Shown in pieces: positions 9,781 through 19,806 of a DNA stretch of 64,000 bases. A model generated the notes under the pieces. That model ran no database searches and was not told the DNA's origin. It saw only the letters and a list, made by a program, of their open reading frames with translations. Numbering within the stretch: position 1 is the first letter of the stretch; each line of letters begins with the position of its first letter. The stretch is taken from the NCBI GenBank assembly GCA_965242965.1, contig OZ251518.1, positions 4,448,001 to 4,512,000 on the forward strand. The letters run 5' to 3'. The stretch is from Candidatus Poribacteria bacterium (GTDB lineage Bacteria; Poribacteria; WGA-4E; WGA-3G). Position numbers and translations under genes: made by a program.

Positions 9781-10896
9781 ATGAAATACGACATGCTGCT
9801 CAAAGGTGGCACCGTTATTGATGCCGCACAAGGTTTGAATGCGAAACTTGATGTCGCTATCGCCGATGGGACTATCGCCGCAATTGAAGCCGATATCCCG
9901 AAGGACACCGCTGCGCACACCGTTTCTGTGACAGATAAATATGTCACCCCCGGGCTCGTTGACATCCACACGCATGTCTATCACAGCGTGACGACGTGGG
10001 GGATTCGCGCCGATGCTGTCTGTCCAACCGCCGGCACGACTACGGTGGTAGATGCCGGCAGTCCGAGTTGGGTAACGTTTCCGGGGTTCAAGGAATTCAT
10101 CGCGAAGCCTTCGCAGACAGAGGTTCTCACCTACATCCATATTTCTGGCATCGGGCTTGTCTACGGGCCCGTGGGCGAAATGCACGACCTGGCTTATGCG
10201 AATCCGGGGCGCGTTGCGGAGACGTTACAAGAGCATCGCGATATTACCGTCGGGGTGAAGGTGCGGCAAGGCAAAATGCAAGTTGGAGATAACGGCGTAG
10301 AGCCGCTAAAACTCGCTATTCAGGCGGCGGAACAGGCGGGCACGCCTGTCATGTGCCACATCGGTGCTGGTGTGCCGCTTCCTGACGTTCTAGCATTGTT
10401 GCGCCCGGGCGATGTGCTGACGCACTGCTTCCAAGGCAATGGTGATAACATCGTTGATGAGAAAGGGCGCGTTATTCCTGAAGCCTGGAAGGCGCGTGAC
10501 GATGGCGTTATCTTTGATGTCGGACACGGCGGCGGGAGTTTCCGGTATGAAATCGCGCAACGCGCCATGGAGCAAGGCTTCATCTCCGATGTCATCAGCA
10601 CCGATCTCCACACCGGCAACATCAACGGTCCTGTCTACGATCTGCCGACGACGCTCTCGAAAATCATGCACCTCGGCTTGTCGCTTGCAGAGGTGATTGA
10701 GAAGGCTACCTTCAGTGCCGCCAAAGCCATCCGCCGTGAAGCGCAACTCGGCCACCTCAAAATCGGGACAGTCGCAGATGTCGCTGTCTTTGAGCTGCTT
10801 GACGGCGAATTTGCGTTTTTTGATTCACACGGGACGAAGTTTATCGGCGATAAAAAACTGAAATCTGTCTTAACTATCCGCGAGGGAAGACTTTAA
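9781..10896 (+). CDS. Amidohydrolase/deacetylase (dihydroorotase-like) metallohydrolase
   Basis: PGLVDIHTH, TTVVDAGS, FDVGHG, ISTDLH. Confidence 0.85.
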   Translation: MKYDMLLKGGTVIDAAQGLNAKLDVAIADGTIAAIEADIPKDTAAHTVSVTDKYVTPGLVDIHTHVYHSVTTWGIRADAVCPTAGTTTVVDAGSPSWVTFPGFKEFIAKPSQTEVLTYIHISGIGLVYGPVGEMHDLAYANPGRVAETLQEHRDITVGVKVRQGKMQVGDNGVEPLKLAIQAAEQAGTPVMCHIGAGVPLPDVLALLRPGDVLTHCFQGNGDNIVDEKGRVIPEAWKARDDGVIFDVGHGGGSFRYEIAQRAMEQGFISDVISTDLHTGNINGPVYDLPTTLSKIMHLGLSLAEVIEKATFSAAKAIRREAQLGHLKIGTVADVAVFELLDGEFAFFDSHGTKFIGDKKLKSVLTIREGRL

Positions 10897-10898
10897 GC

Positions 10899-11315
10899 AT
10901 GGCGAGCATCACGACAAAATTAAGCGGCTGTTATCGCCGAGTCTTGATTTTTTTGCTGGCGATTGTCGCCGTGACTCTCATCGCTGGTGCTTTTGTTTAC
11001 ACTCGCGTCGGCGGGGTTGAAGGCTTGCGGCATTGGATGGCAGAACGCGCATTGAACGGTGTTGAAAAGCACGTGCTGACGAATCGTCCTGATGGGATTC
11101 CGCAAGAACGGATAGTCACACAATTTGCGAGTGTTCGCGAGGCGGTGCGCAATCGCCGGATCGATCTTGAGCAACTCTACGATGCGCTGAAATCTTACCA
11201 GACTGCGGTTGCCGATTTACAACGCACACCTGTCGGTACATCGACGAAACTTTCAACGCCAGAGGTGGAGCGATTTTTAGTTATTCTCGCGCAGGCAATT
11301 GTGCCGGAAGGCTGA
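10899..11315 (+). CDS. Hypothetical protein with N-terminal transmembrane anchor
   Basis: ORF abuts the previous gene; hydrophobic VLIFLLAIVAVTLIAGAFVY segment. Confidence 0.65.
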   Translation: MASITTKLSGCYRRVLIFLLAIVAVTLIAGAFVYTRVGGVEGLRHWMAERALNGVEKHVLTNRPDGIPQERIVTQFASVREAVRNRRIDLEQLYDALKSYQTAVADLQRTPVGTSTKLSTPEVERFLVILAQAIVPEG

Positions 11316-11343
11316 ACAGAAGCAGGGTGCCTTCCGCTGGCAC

Positions 11344-12272
11344 CGTAGGGCGAGGGGCCTGTCCCTCGCCGTGCTATCGGGCACGCGAGCACTCATCCCT
11401 CTGTAGGGCAGGAGCCCCTGATCTTGCCCGTTCGGGATCAGGCGAGCCCGAACTACAGTCTCTTCAAGGTCCGTAGGACCTTAATGTCTATAGCACATGC
11501 AGTCCGCTAAGTCCTCAAGGTCCTTTAGGTCCTTAATGTTTTTCGGTTGCGTGTGCTGCAGATTAAGAACCTAAAGGACCTTAGTGTTTTTTTGGTCGGG
11601 GTTTCTATAGACATGCAGGACCTAAAGGACCTGAAGAGATGTTTTCACGGGTGTTATCGCGGGGGACAGGCCCCCGCACTACGGTTAAAAAAAGCGTGCC
11701 GTTTACCGTAGGGCGAGGGCCTGTCCCTCGCCGTGCCTCGGTCGGGGAAACGGCGTTGGTTGGCGTGCGTTTTTCGCGCGGGTCGGGCACTCGCGGGGGA
11801 CAGGCCCCCGCGCTACGGGCCCGGAAGGGGTTCGCCTCGCCATCGCGGGGAACAGGCACCCGCGCTACGGTGAAAAAACGTGCCGCTGACCGTAGGGCGA
11901 GGGCCTGTCCCTCGCCATGCCTCGGTCGGGAAGGAAACGGCTTTATCGGCGTGCGTTTTTCGCGCGGGTCGGACGATCGCGGGGGACAGGCCCCCGCGCT
12001 ACGGGCCCGGAAGGGTTCTCCTCGCCATGCGCCGTTCGGGAGCAGGCGCTCCCGAACTACAGTCTCCAACCCCTATAATCTTGCTAATCTTGGAAATCTT
12101 GGAAATCCTGCTCATCTCTGGAGCACGCGTGCGATCGCGGGGGACAGGCCCCCGCGCTACGGGCCCGGAAGGGTTCTCCTTGCCATGCGCCGTTCGGGAT
12201 CAGGCGAGCCCGAACTACAGTCTCCGGGTCCCCTAATCTTGATAATCGTGATAATCCTGGAAATCCTGCTCC
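11344..12272. repeat. Large composite REP-like cluster (GTAG hairpins in inverted pairs, AAGGTCC..GGACCTT palindromes, 9-bp AATCTTGGA-type units)
   Basis: Multiple copies of GTAGGGCGAGGGCCTGTCCCTCGCC and CGCGGGGGACAGGCCCCCGCGCTAC. Confidence 0.85.
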
Positions 12273-12319
12273 AGACAGTTAGAAACGGACGGCTAGAGAC
12301 ATCCATGATAAATTGGCTA

Positions 12320-12925
12320 TTAACTCTGCTGCGTCACCATGCTAGCGAGGATGCCGAGGATTTTGTCACACTCGCGGATAGCATAATTCTGCCTATCAAT
12401 AGAGAACCGCTTGTCCGTGAGTTTCATGAATTTCCATGCGAGTCCGGTTGTGCTTACGCCGTAAACGGTGGGAATGTCATTCCCTTTTTTCGCATTAAAG
12501 CGTTGTGCGGCAAGCATTTCGGCGGCGCATTGCCCGATACCGAGCGTCATGTCATCCTTCTTCGCTTCCACCAGCGCGATAACAGGTGCCTGTAAAACAT
12601 GCTGCACAGGTGAAAGACTCACCAAGAAATCACAGACACCTACCAACCCATCATCGGCATTGATACTGAAATCAATCCCTGAAAAGACGCTGATGCGCCA
12701 GTCTAAATGCTCTTGCAGTTCAAACAGCATCCCGGCGACAATCAGTTCTGATTTCGCCTTTTCGGTGTTGATTGCCGCCGCCAACCACACTTTTCTCTCC
12801 AGGTCTGTGATAAAATGCGCCCGCGGGGCCACTGGTTCCACTGCAGCGAAGAGATCTTCGGAGTCAACGATATCTAATTCAAACGTCTCGACGACTTTGT
12901 CTAACGTGAAATTGCTATAAGCCAT
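12320..12925 (-). CDS. Conserved hypothetical protein, probable PD-(D/E)XK fold
   Basis: GVCDFLVS...ALVEAKK...GQCAAEM...YGVSTTG pattern. Confidence 0.7.
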   Translation of the reverse strand: MAYSNFTLDKVVETFELDIVDSEDLFAAVEPVAPRAHFITDLERKVWLAAAINTEKAKSELIVAGMLFELQEHLDWRISVFSGIDFSINADDGLVGVCDFLVSLSPVQHVLQAPVIALVEAKKDDMTLGIGQCAAEMLAAQRFNAKKGNDIPTVYGVSTTGLAWKFMKLTDKRFSIDRQNYAIRECDKILGILASMVTQQS

Positions 12926-12938
12926 CGAAAATTCCTCC

Positions 12939-13544
12939 TTACACTTTCTGCGTCACCATGCTAGCGAGGATGCCGAGGATTTTGTCACACTCGCGGATAG
13001 TGTAACTCGCCACATCTATGTAGAGGTGCCTCTCCATTAACTTCATGAATTTCCATGCGAGTCCGGTTGTGCTTACGCCGTAAACGGTGGGAATGTCATT
13101 GCCTTTTTTTGCATTGAAGCGTTGTGCGGCGAGCATTTCGGCGGTGCACTGCCCGATGCCCGAAAGAAAGTCATCCCGTTTTGCTTCAACGAGCGCGATG
13201 ATAGGTGCCTGTAACAGATACTGCACAGGCGATAGGCTTACCAGAAAATCGCAGACACCTATCAAGCCATCACCAGCATCAACGCTGAAGTCAATCCCAG
13301 AAAAGAGGCTGATACGCCGGTCGAACTGTTCACGGAGTTCCACCAGCACCTCGGCAACAATCAGTTCTGACCTTGCCTTTTCCGTGTTGATCGCTTCCGC
13401 TAACTGAACCTTTCGCTCCAACGCCGTGTTGAGATGGGGCCCCAGTGCCATCGGTTCTACTTCGGCGAAAAGATCTTCGGAGTCGACGATGTCTAATTCA
13501 AACGTCTCAATGACTTTGTCCAACGTGAAATTGCTGTAATCCAT
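12939..13544 (-). CDS. Tandem paralog of 12320-12925
   Basis: Same length (201 aa) with long identical blocks. Confidence 0.7.
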   Translation of the reverse strand: MDYSNFTLDKVIETFELDIVDSEDLFAEVEPMALGPHLNTALERKVQLAEAINTEKARSELIVAEVLVELREQFDRRISLFSGIDFSVDAGDGLIGVCDFLVSLSPVQYLLQAPIIALVEAKRDDFLSGIGQCTAEMLAAQRFNAKKGNDIPTVYGVSTTGLAWKFMKLMERHLYIDVASYTIRECDKILGILASMVTQKV

Positions 13545-13563
13545 GGGAAATTGCCTCTTTCTG

Positions 13564-14151
13564 TCAATAATTCCCCGGAAACATCAACCGTTCCACGTGT
13601 TCAATCAAGATGTGCAACACCTTAATATGAATTTCTTGAATCCGGTCTGCCGTGTCGCCAGGGGCGATGAGACAGATATCGCAGTGGTGCTTCAACACGC
13701 CGCCGTCTCTGCCGAGTAATCCAAATACCTGCATCTCACGCGATTTTGCCGCTTCCGCCGCACGGACGATGTTCGCAGAATTTCCACTGGTGGAAATCGC
13801 CACGAGCAAATCGCCGGGGTGCCCGAGGGCTTCTATCTGCCGCGCGAAAATCTCGTCAAACCCGAAGTCGTTCGCTGTGCAAGTGATATGTCCGGCATCG
13901 CTGAGCGCGATGGCCGGCAAAGGTTTCCGGTCTGCGCGGAATCTGCCGGTGCATTCTTCAGCGAAATGGATGGCATCGCATAAACTTCCGCCGTTTCCAC
14001 AGGTGAAAATCCTGCCGCGTCGTTCAAAAACGTCGCGCATCAGTTGCGCAGTCGCGGCGATGGTTGCGATGTTTTCAGGGTTTTGGATGAACCGGGTAAG
14101 CGCGTTTTGTGCTTCTAACAGCGCGCGCCGGATGCTATGTGAGATGTCCAT
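13564..14151 (-). CDS. gmhA: Phosphoheptose (sedoheptulose-7-phosphate) isomerase
   Basis: CGNGGS..DA.HFAEE, NDFGFD, ISTSGNS, RIQEIH. Confidence 0.9.
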   Translation of the reverse strand: MDISHSIRRALLEAQNALTRFIQNPENIATIAATAQLMRDVFERRGRIFTCGNGGSLCDAIHFAEECTGRFRADRKPLPAIALSDAGHITCTANDFGFDEIFARQIEALGHPGDLLVAISTSGNSANIVRAAEAAKSREMQVFGLLGRDGGVLKHHCDICLIAPGDTADRIQEIHIKVLHILIEHVERLMFPGNY

Positions 14152-14168
14152 GGGCATTCCTTATTAAA

Positions 14169-15917
14169 TCAAATCCGAAAAATCTCCCCCAACTTCCCAC
14201 CAAGCACCTTCCCAGCACCCAACAGACACGCAATCAGAATAAGCATCCCCACAACTCCCAGCGCGCTCGCGGTATACGCACCGTGGTCTGGCCGCTGCGA
14301 GAGGGACCAGATCGCTTTGGTAATCGGATAATGCTGGTCCCGCATGGCTAAGATGAGGCTGTCGCTCACCTCTAACATGGAGAATGAAAAAACTAAAATC
14401 GCACCGGCAAGGATATTGGCGATGACGAGCGGTAACGTGATTTTATATAACGTTCGCATCGGGGTCGCGCCCATGTTTTGTGATGCCTCTTCATAACTAA
14501 CGCTTGTCTGCTGGAGCCCGGCATAGATGGAACGGAGCATGTAGGGCAAACGCCGCACGGAATAACTGATAATCAGTAGGAACGTCGGGTTCTGCCTCGG
14601 GTCTAGCACGGAAACGATGCCATCGGGCAAATGACGCAGGAGAAGCGTCGTATCCGCGAAGCTGCCGAGGTAACCGAACGCAATCGCAACGCCGGGCAAT
14701 GCCAATGGCAACATCGCAACGGCATCCAGAAGGTTCTGGAACGGAATCCGTTTGCGTGTCAAAAGATATGAGACGACGATTCCCACCAGCATCGCAAGCA
14801 GTGTGCTGCAAATGCTATACTTCAGGCTGTTAAGGATGCTCGGCAGTGTATCGGAATGCGTGAACGTCTCAACGTAGTGCGCGAATGTCCACGATTGCGG
14901 CAGCACGCTCAACCGCCACTGACTTGAATCCGGCGTTAGCGACACTAAAATAACGCTGATGTGCGGCAGCAGTGCCATCAGCGTCAAGCCGCCGATGAAG
15001 AGGTAGATGATGGCGCGCATTCCCGCATTTGCATCGGTTTCACGCGAGGTGACATGCCCGCGCCCAAGCATCTCGTAGTGCTTACTGCCTGTCCAACGCT
15101 TGGAAACGTAAAAAGCGAATGCTGTTAGCACGATAATCAGCACGACGAGCGCGTATCCCATCGGATTAGCGTTTGCTTCGGTGACTTGGCGGAAAATGCG
15201 CACCGCGATAACTTCGTTATAGTCAAAGATGAGCGGTGTCCCGAGGTCAGTGAATGCCCAGATAAAAACGAGAATCGCGCCTGCGAAGTAGCCGGGCATC
15301 ATCAACGGCAAGGTTATCCGCCGAAAGACTTGGGCGCGCGATGCGCCCATATTCTCCGCCGCTTCCTCTAAACTCGGGTCTACGTTCGCAAGGGCAGCCA
15401 CGATGTTCAGATACATGATCGGATACAGGTGCAATGTGGATAATAACACAACTCCCCAAAACCCGCCGCCGAACCAGTCGATCGTCTCCGTAATGTCGAT
15501 CAGTTTCAGTTTGACGAGAAGCATGTTGACGCTGCCGAATCTACCGAAAAACTGTTGCATCCCGATTGCCCCAACAAACGGCGGCATAATCATCGGAATC
15601 AGAATGATGGAACGCAGCAGGTCGCGCCCCGGATACCGGTACCGCGTCAAAAAATAGGCGAGCGGCAGACTCACGATGCTCGTGACTAACGTTACCATCG
15701 CACCGATTTTAAAACTATTGACGACGAGCGTGCGGATACTCGGGTTTGTCACCATCAGTTTGAAATACGTCAGGTTGAAAGTATTCCCGATCCAGAACGC
15801 CTCCTTGAAAACGTAGAGGAGCGGGTAGATGAGGAACACCACAAAGAACAGCGTTGTCAGCGCGAGGATGAGGCTGATCGATGGCGTTAAGTCGTATCTT
15901 CTCCGAATTTTGTCCAT
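14169..15917 (-). CDS. Fe3+/thiamine-type ABC transporter permease (FbpB-like, two TM modules)
   Basis: Two EAA loops (LEEAAENMGA, YEEASQNMGA) and many TM helices. Confidence 0.85.
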   Translation of the reverse strand: MDKIRRRYDLTPSISLILALTTLFFVVFLIYPLLYVFKEAFWIGNTFNLTYFKLMVTNPSIRTLVVNSFKIGAMVTLVTSIVSLPLAYFLTRYRYPGRDLLRSIILIPMIMPPFVGAIGMQQFFGRFGSVNMLLVKLKLIDITETIDWFGGGFWGVVLLSTLHLYPIMYLNIVAALANVDPSLEEAAENMGASRAQVFRRITLPLMMPGYFAGAILVFIWAFTDLGTPLIFDYNEVIAVRIFRQVTEANANPMGYALVVLIIVLTAFAFYVSKRWTGSKHYEMLGRGHVTSRETDANAGMRAIIYLFIGGLTLMALLPHISVILVSLTPDSSQWRLSVLPQSWTFAHYVETFTHSDTLPSILNSLKYSICSTLLAMLVGIVVSYLLTRKRIPFQNLLDAVAMLPLALPGVAIAFGYLGSFADTTLLLRHLPDGIVSVLDPRQNPTFLLIISYSVRRLPYMLRSIYAGLQQTSVSYEEASQNMGATPMRTLYKITLPLVIANILAGAILVFSFSMLEVSDSLILAMRDQHYPITKAIWSLSQRPDHGAYTASALGVVGMLILIACLLGAGKVLGGKLGEIFRI

Positions 15918-15962
15918 TCAGGCTAGACTTCCTTCTGTTTCTCAATTTATCGTTACCGGGCG

Positions 15963-16275
15963 GCATCGAGACTGGGCGGTTTCTCCTACCTCGCCGAACG
16001 ATCGCGGGGGACAGGCCCCCGCGCTACGGGGGAGAAAAGCCCTCCCTTCACCGTAGGGCGAGGGCCTGTCCCTCGCCGTGTTGTCGTAATCCGTTCATCG
16101 TTATCGGGCGGCATCGAGACCCGGAGAGTTCTCCTACCTCGCCGAACGATCGCGGGGGACAGGCCCCCGCGCTACGGTAAGGGGTAATGCCTCTTCAATC
16201 CGTAGGGCGAGGGCCTGTCCCTCGCCGTGCTATCGTAATCCGTTTACCGTAGGGCGAGGGCCTGTCCCTCGCCGT
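15963..16275. repeat. REP-like cluster with duplicated ~130-bp unit
   Basis: Repeated GTAG hairpins in both orientations. Confidence 0.8.
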
Positions 16276-16344
16276 GCCGCTGAATAAAAACGAACTTTTA
16301 TCCATTATACCTTATATTGCGCAGAATTGCACGTATTTTTTCTA

Positions 16345-16373
16345 TTGACAACTTATCGCAATTTTGCGATAAT
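16345..16373 (+). promoter_or_regulatory. Promoter TTGACA-N17-GATAAT overlapped by palindrome TTATCGCA-N4-TGCGATAA
   Basis: Boxes at 16345-16350 and 16368-16373; inverted repeat at 16353-16372. Confidence 0.7.
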
Positions 16374-16556
16374 AAAACTATATTTTACCCGGACGGTAGA
16401 AATACGGTATTGCATCAAGACCAGGAGGTCTCTCCTACGGGGGATGGCCGGCTACCGTAGCGCGAGGGCCTGTCCCTCGCGAATGCAGATATTGCATCGA
16501 TACTTGGCGGTCTCGCCTACATTTGTGTCTGTCCTATATCAAAACAGCATCACACT

Positions 16557-17678
16557 ATGGCAACAGTCAAACTAGAAAACGTCACAAAACGCTTCGGGGA
16601 CTTAGTCGCCCTAGACAATATCACCTTTGATGTCCAAGACAGGGAGTTCTTCGTCCTCCTCGGACAGACCGGGGCGGGGAAGACAACGACGCTCCGCTGC
16701 ATCGCCGGTCTGGATAAACCCGAAGAAGGCGAAATCTATCTCGACGATGTCACCGTCAACGATAAAACACCGGCGGCGCGCGATGTCGCCTTCGTTTTTC
16801 AATCGCACATTCTCTATCCGCACCTCACCGTTTACGATAACATGGCGTTTCCTTTGCATCCGCGGAAACTGCCTGCAGAGGAGATCGACCGGCGTGTCAA
16901 GGATATCGCGCAAATGTTACACATTGAGCATCTCCTCATGCGGATGCCGAGCCAATTGAGCGGCGGTGAAACGCAACGCGTCGGACTCGGTAGGGCAATG
17001 GTGCGAAGACCACGGGTATTCCTCATGGATGAACCTATCTCCAATCTGGATGCGAAACTCCGCACCGAAATGCGCGCCGAAATCCGATGGCGACAGCGGG
17101 AACTCGGAACGACAACCTTCTATGTTACGCATGACCAGGTTGAAGCGATGTCCATGGCAGACCGGATTGCAGTGCTGGAAGCAGGGAAAGTCCAGCAGTT
17201 GGGAACGCCTTCGGATATCTATAACCATCCGGCGAATCTGTTTGTCGCCGGTTTCATCGGCAGCCCAAGCATGAATTGCATCCCGTGTGAGCTCTCCCAC
17301 GCCAACGGCACGTTGCAGTTCACACTCGGCACGGGTGGAGGCACTCTCGCGATTCAGGATGCCGACATCGCCAAAAAGGTCAGCGAGACTGCGGAAAACC
17401 GCGACGTTATCTTCGGCGCGCACCCGGAAGATGTCCTCGTCAGTCATCAACCGATGCCGAACGCGTTTCAGGCAGAAGTTTACAGCGTTGAACCACTCGG
17501 AGCGGAGACAATCGTTGAATTGACGCTCGGCACGGATGCGGCTGGCGCGCATACGATTCTCAAATCCCGCGCCACGCCGACTTTTGACGCGCAAATCGGC
17601 GAGTTCCTCTACGTTACGTTCGGCGCAGAACGCATTCATTTTTTTGATAAAGCGACAGGGATGGCAATCGGGACATAA
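16557..17678 (+). CDS. MalK-like ABC transporter ATP-binding protein
   Basis: Walker A GQTGAGKT, LSGGE, LMDEP, VTHDQ, C-terminal TOBE-like region. Confidence 0.9.
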   Translation: MATVKLENVTKRFGDLVALDNITFDVQDREFFVLLGQTGAGKTTTLRCIAGLDKPEEGEIYLDDVTVNDKTPAARDVAFVFQSHILYPHLTVYDNMAFPLHPRKLPAEEIDRRVKDIAQMLHIEHLLMRMPSQLSGGETQRVGLGRAMVRRPRVFLMDEPISNLDAKLRTEMRAEIRWRQRELGTTTFYVTHDQVEAMSMADRIAVLEAGKVQQLGTPSDIYNHPANLFVAGFIGSPSMNCIPCELSHANGTLQFTLGTGGGTLAIQDADIAKKVSETAENRDVIFGAHPEDVLVSHQPMPNAFQAEVYSVEPLGAETIVELTLGTDAAGAHTILKSRATPTFDAQIGEFLYVTFGAERIHFFDKATGMAIGT

Positions 17679-17707
17679 CACCTACAAGCAAAGAAGCGAG
17701 GTAACTT

Positions 17708-17836
17708 ATGAATTGGCGAGTGAGACTTTTCAATGTCATGCCGAATTTCGTCAAGCGGATCGGCTGCGCGCTGCTCCGCAAACTCGGCTATGAACCCGAT
17801 GTCTGGCTAGAAAATTTCCTCAAAAAACACCGGTAG
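17708..17836 (+). CDS. Putative 42-aa small protein
   Basis: GAGG RBS, ATG, open frame MNWRVRLFNVMPNFVKRIGCALLRKLGYEPDVWLENFLKKHR*. Confidence 0.4.
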   Translation: MNWRVRLFNVMPNFVKRIGCALLRKLGYEPDVWLENFLKKHR

Positions 17837-17940
17837 GCGAAACCTCCCGGTCTCGACAGGTAGGAGAGACCTCCTGGTCTCGACAGGTAGGCGAAACCTC
17901 CTGGTCTCAAACCGGTAGGAGAGACCTCCTGGTCTCGATG
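17832..17940. repeat. Four tandem REP-B hairpins (GTAGGAGAGACCTCCTGGTCTCGA type)
   Basis: Direct tandem copies with a period of about 27 bp. Confidence 0.8.
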
Positions 17941-17973
17941 CATTCCTCCCGGTCCCGAAAGGAGAAACAAAAC

Positions 17974-19599
17974 GTGAAAGGCGGAGATATTCTCATTGAA
18001 TGTTTGAAAGCGCAAGGTGTGACTGCCGTTTTTGGCATGCCCGGCACACAAAATATCCAGATTTACGATGCCTTGCTGCGACGCGGTGCCGACACGGTCG
18101 ATCACTATCTCGTCCGGCACGAATATGCGGCGACGCAAATGGCAGATGGCTTCGCGCGTTCCACCGGCGAAGTCGGGGTTGCGATTACCGTGCCAGGTCC
18201 CGGCGCAAGCAACGCTTCGACAGGGATTTTAGAGGCGTTCACGGATCGTTCCCCGGTCTTGCTCATCACCGGGCAAAGCCACACAGATCTCTACAGCAAA
18301 TCCCCAGACAAGATGTTTCACGGGTTGGATCAGATGCGGTTTTTCGAGTCATTCACAAAATACTGCGCGATTGCGCACACGGTTGCCGAAATTCCGCTCG
18401 TCGTTGAGAACGCCTTTAAGGCAATGCGCACGGGCCGCCCGGGTCCGACGGTGTTGGAATTCCCGATGGATGTCGTCATGGGTGAAGGCGATGTCCGCAT
18501 TCCATCGCGGCTTGAACGTCCAGTGGGACACTATCCGGACGATGCTTCGATGCGCGATGCCGTTGAGACTATCCGCAAGGCGAAGCGTCCACTGATTTTC
18601 GCAGGTTCCGCTGTCTTTCACGCAAATGCACGGAACGAGTTGCGCTTGCTCGCCGAGAAACTGAACGCGCCTGTCATTGTCACGCGCTGCGCAAAAGGCG
18701 TTTTACCGGAAGACCATCCGTTGGCGTTGCAAATCTGCTACGGCTATTTAGGGAAACAAGCGTTGCAACACACTGATTGCCTCATCGGCATCGGGCCGCG
18801 GTTTACGTCTATTGATACGCGGAGTTGGAGTATGCAACTGCCGCAGCCGTTTATCCAAATTGACGAGGATGCAAATGAAATCGGACGCGAATACCCGTGC
18901 GATATCGGTGTCGTCGGCGATTTGCGGCTCACGTTGCAGGCACTGATTGAAGATGTCGCCGCTGCTGAGGACAGTTGGAGTGCAGTGCTGTCTCCCCACC
19001 GCGCCGAATTCAACGCACAACCCTCTCTTCCTATTATCCATGAGTTACAGGATGTCCTCCCGCGCGATACCATCTATGCCGTTGATGTCCACGCGCTCGG
19101 CTACGCCTCCTTCGCCGAATTTCCCATCTATGACCCGAGGACGTTCCTCTATCCGAACATCGGCGTGGCATTAGGGCACGCCTTCCCGGCGGCACTCGGC
19201 GCGAAGATAGCACATCCAAACCGTCCCGTTATCTGCTTTAGCGGCGACGGCGGCTTCCTCATGGGCGCGGTTGAGATGGCAACGGCGATGAAATACGGCA
19301 TCAACGTCGTATCCATTGTGATTAACGACGGTGCCTTGTCCGCTATCAAAGGTTCGCAATTGAAAGGCTGCGAGGGACGCACGATTGATACCGACTTGCA
19401 AAATCCGGATTTCGTTCAGTTGGCGGCGGCTTTCGGCGCGTATGCGAGGAAGGTGGAAAACGTGTCAGACTTCAAGCCGACGTTACGCGACGCGCTCGCC
19501 GCTGAAAAACCGGCACTCATCGAGGTAATGATGCAGGATAAGCAGGCGGAGATTATCGGCTCGATCGGCTGGTTGCAAGGGGATGGACTTCGCAGGTAG
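17974..19599 (+). CDS. Thiamine pyrophosphate-binding enzyme (acetolactate synthase-like)
   Basis: VFGMPG, VRHE, GPGASN, GDGGF..IND ThDP motif; GTG start after AGGAG. Confidence 0.88.
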   Translation: MKGGDILIECLKAQGVTAVFGMPGTQNIQIYDALLRRGADTVDHYLVRHEYAATQMADGFARSTGEVGVAITVPGPGASNASTGILEAFTDRSPVLLITGQSHTDLYSKSPDKMFHGLDQMRFFESFTKYCAIAHTVAEIPLVVENAFKAMRTGRPGPTVLEFPMDVVMGEGDVRIPSRLERPVGHYPDDASMRDAVETIRKAKRPLIFAGSAVFHANARNELRLLAEKLNAPVIVTRCAKGVLPEDHPLALQICYGYLGKQALQHTDCLIGIGPRFTSIDTRSWSMQLPQPFIQIDEDANEIGREYPCDIGVVGDLRLTLQALIEDVAAAEDSWSAVLSPHRAEFNAQPSLPIIHELQDVLPRDTIYAVDVHALGYASFAEFPIYDPRTFLYPNIGVALGHAFPAALGAKIAHPNRPVICFSGDGGFLMGAVEMATAMKYGINVVSIVINDGALSAIKGSQLKGCEGRTIDTDLQNPDFVQLAAAFGAYARKVENVSDFKPTLRDALAAEKPALIEVMMQDKQAEIIGSIGWLQGDGLRR

Positions 19600-19698
19600 G
19601 AGAGCCCTCCTGGTCTCGATTCTTCGGGTAGGAGAGGCCTCCTGGTCCGCTGCAAGTGATGTCCCCGTAGGCGAGACCTCCTGGTCTCGATTGCGCAT

Positions 19699-19735
19699 AA
19701 AAAAAGCGCGGGTAGTGAACCGAAGTTCACCACCC
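19699..19735 (-). terminator. Intrinsic terminator with UUCG tetraloop
   Basis: Minus strand GGGTGGTGAAC-TTCG-GTTCACTACCC followed by GCGC and T7. Confidence 0.65.
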
Positions 19736-19806
19736 TTACTCGTGTAGCGATGGCGAGGGATAGGCTCCGCCATCGCTGCTGTCATCCGGCCTGTAGGGTA
19801 TCGCGC

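Noticed and set aside
9223-10185. Long antisense ORFs (also 20500-21354, 51290-52426)
   Set aside because: Shadow frames of well-supported genes in GC-rich DNA
11605-12595. ORFs rich in RGTGPR/RARACPSP (also near 38506, 43558-44430, 57930 and 59061-59686)
   Set aside because: Translations of GC-rich REP arrays without recognisable domains; treated as spurious
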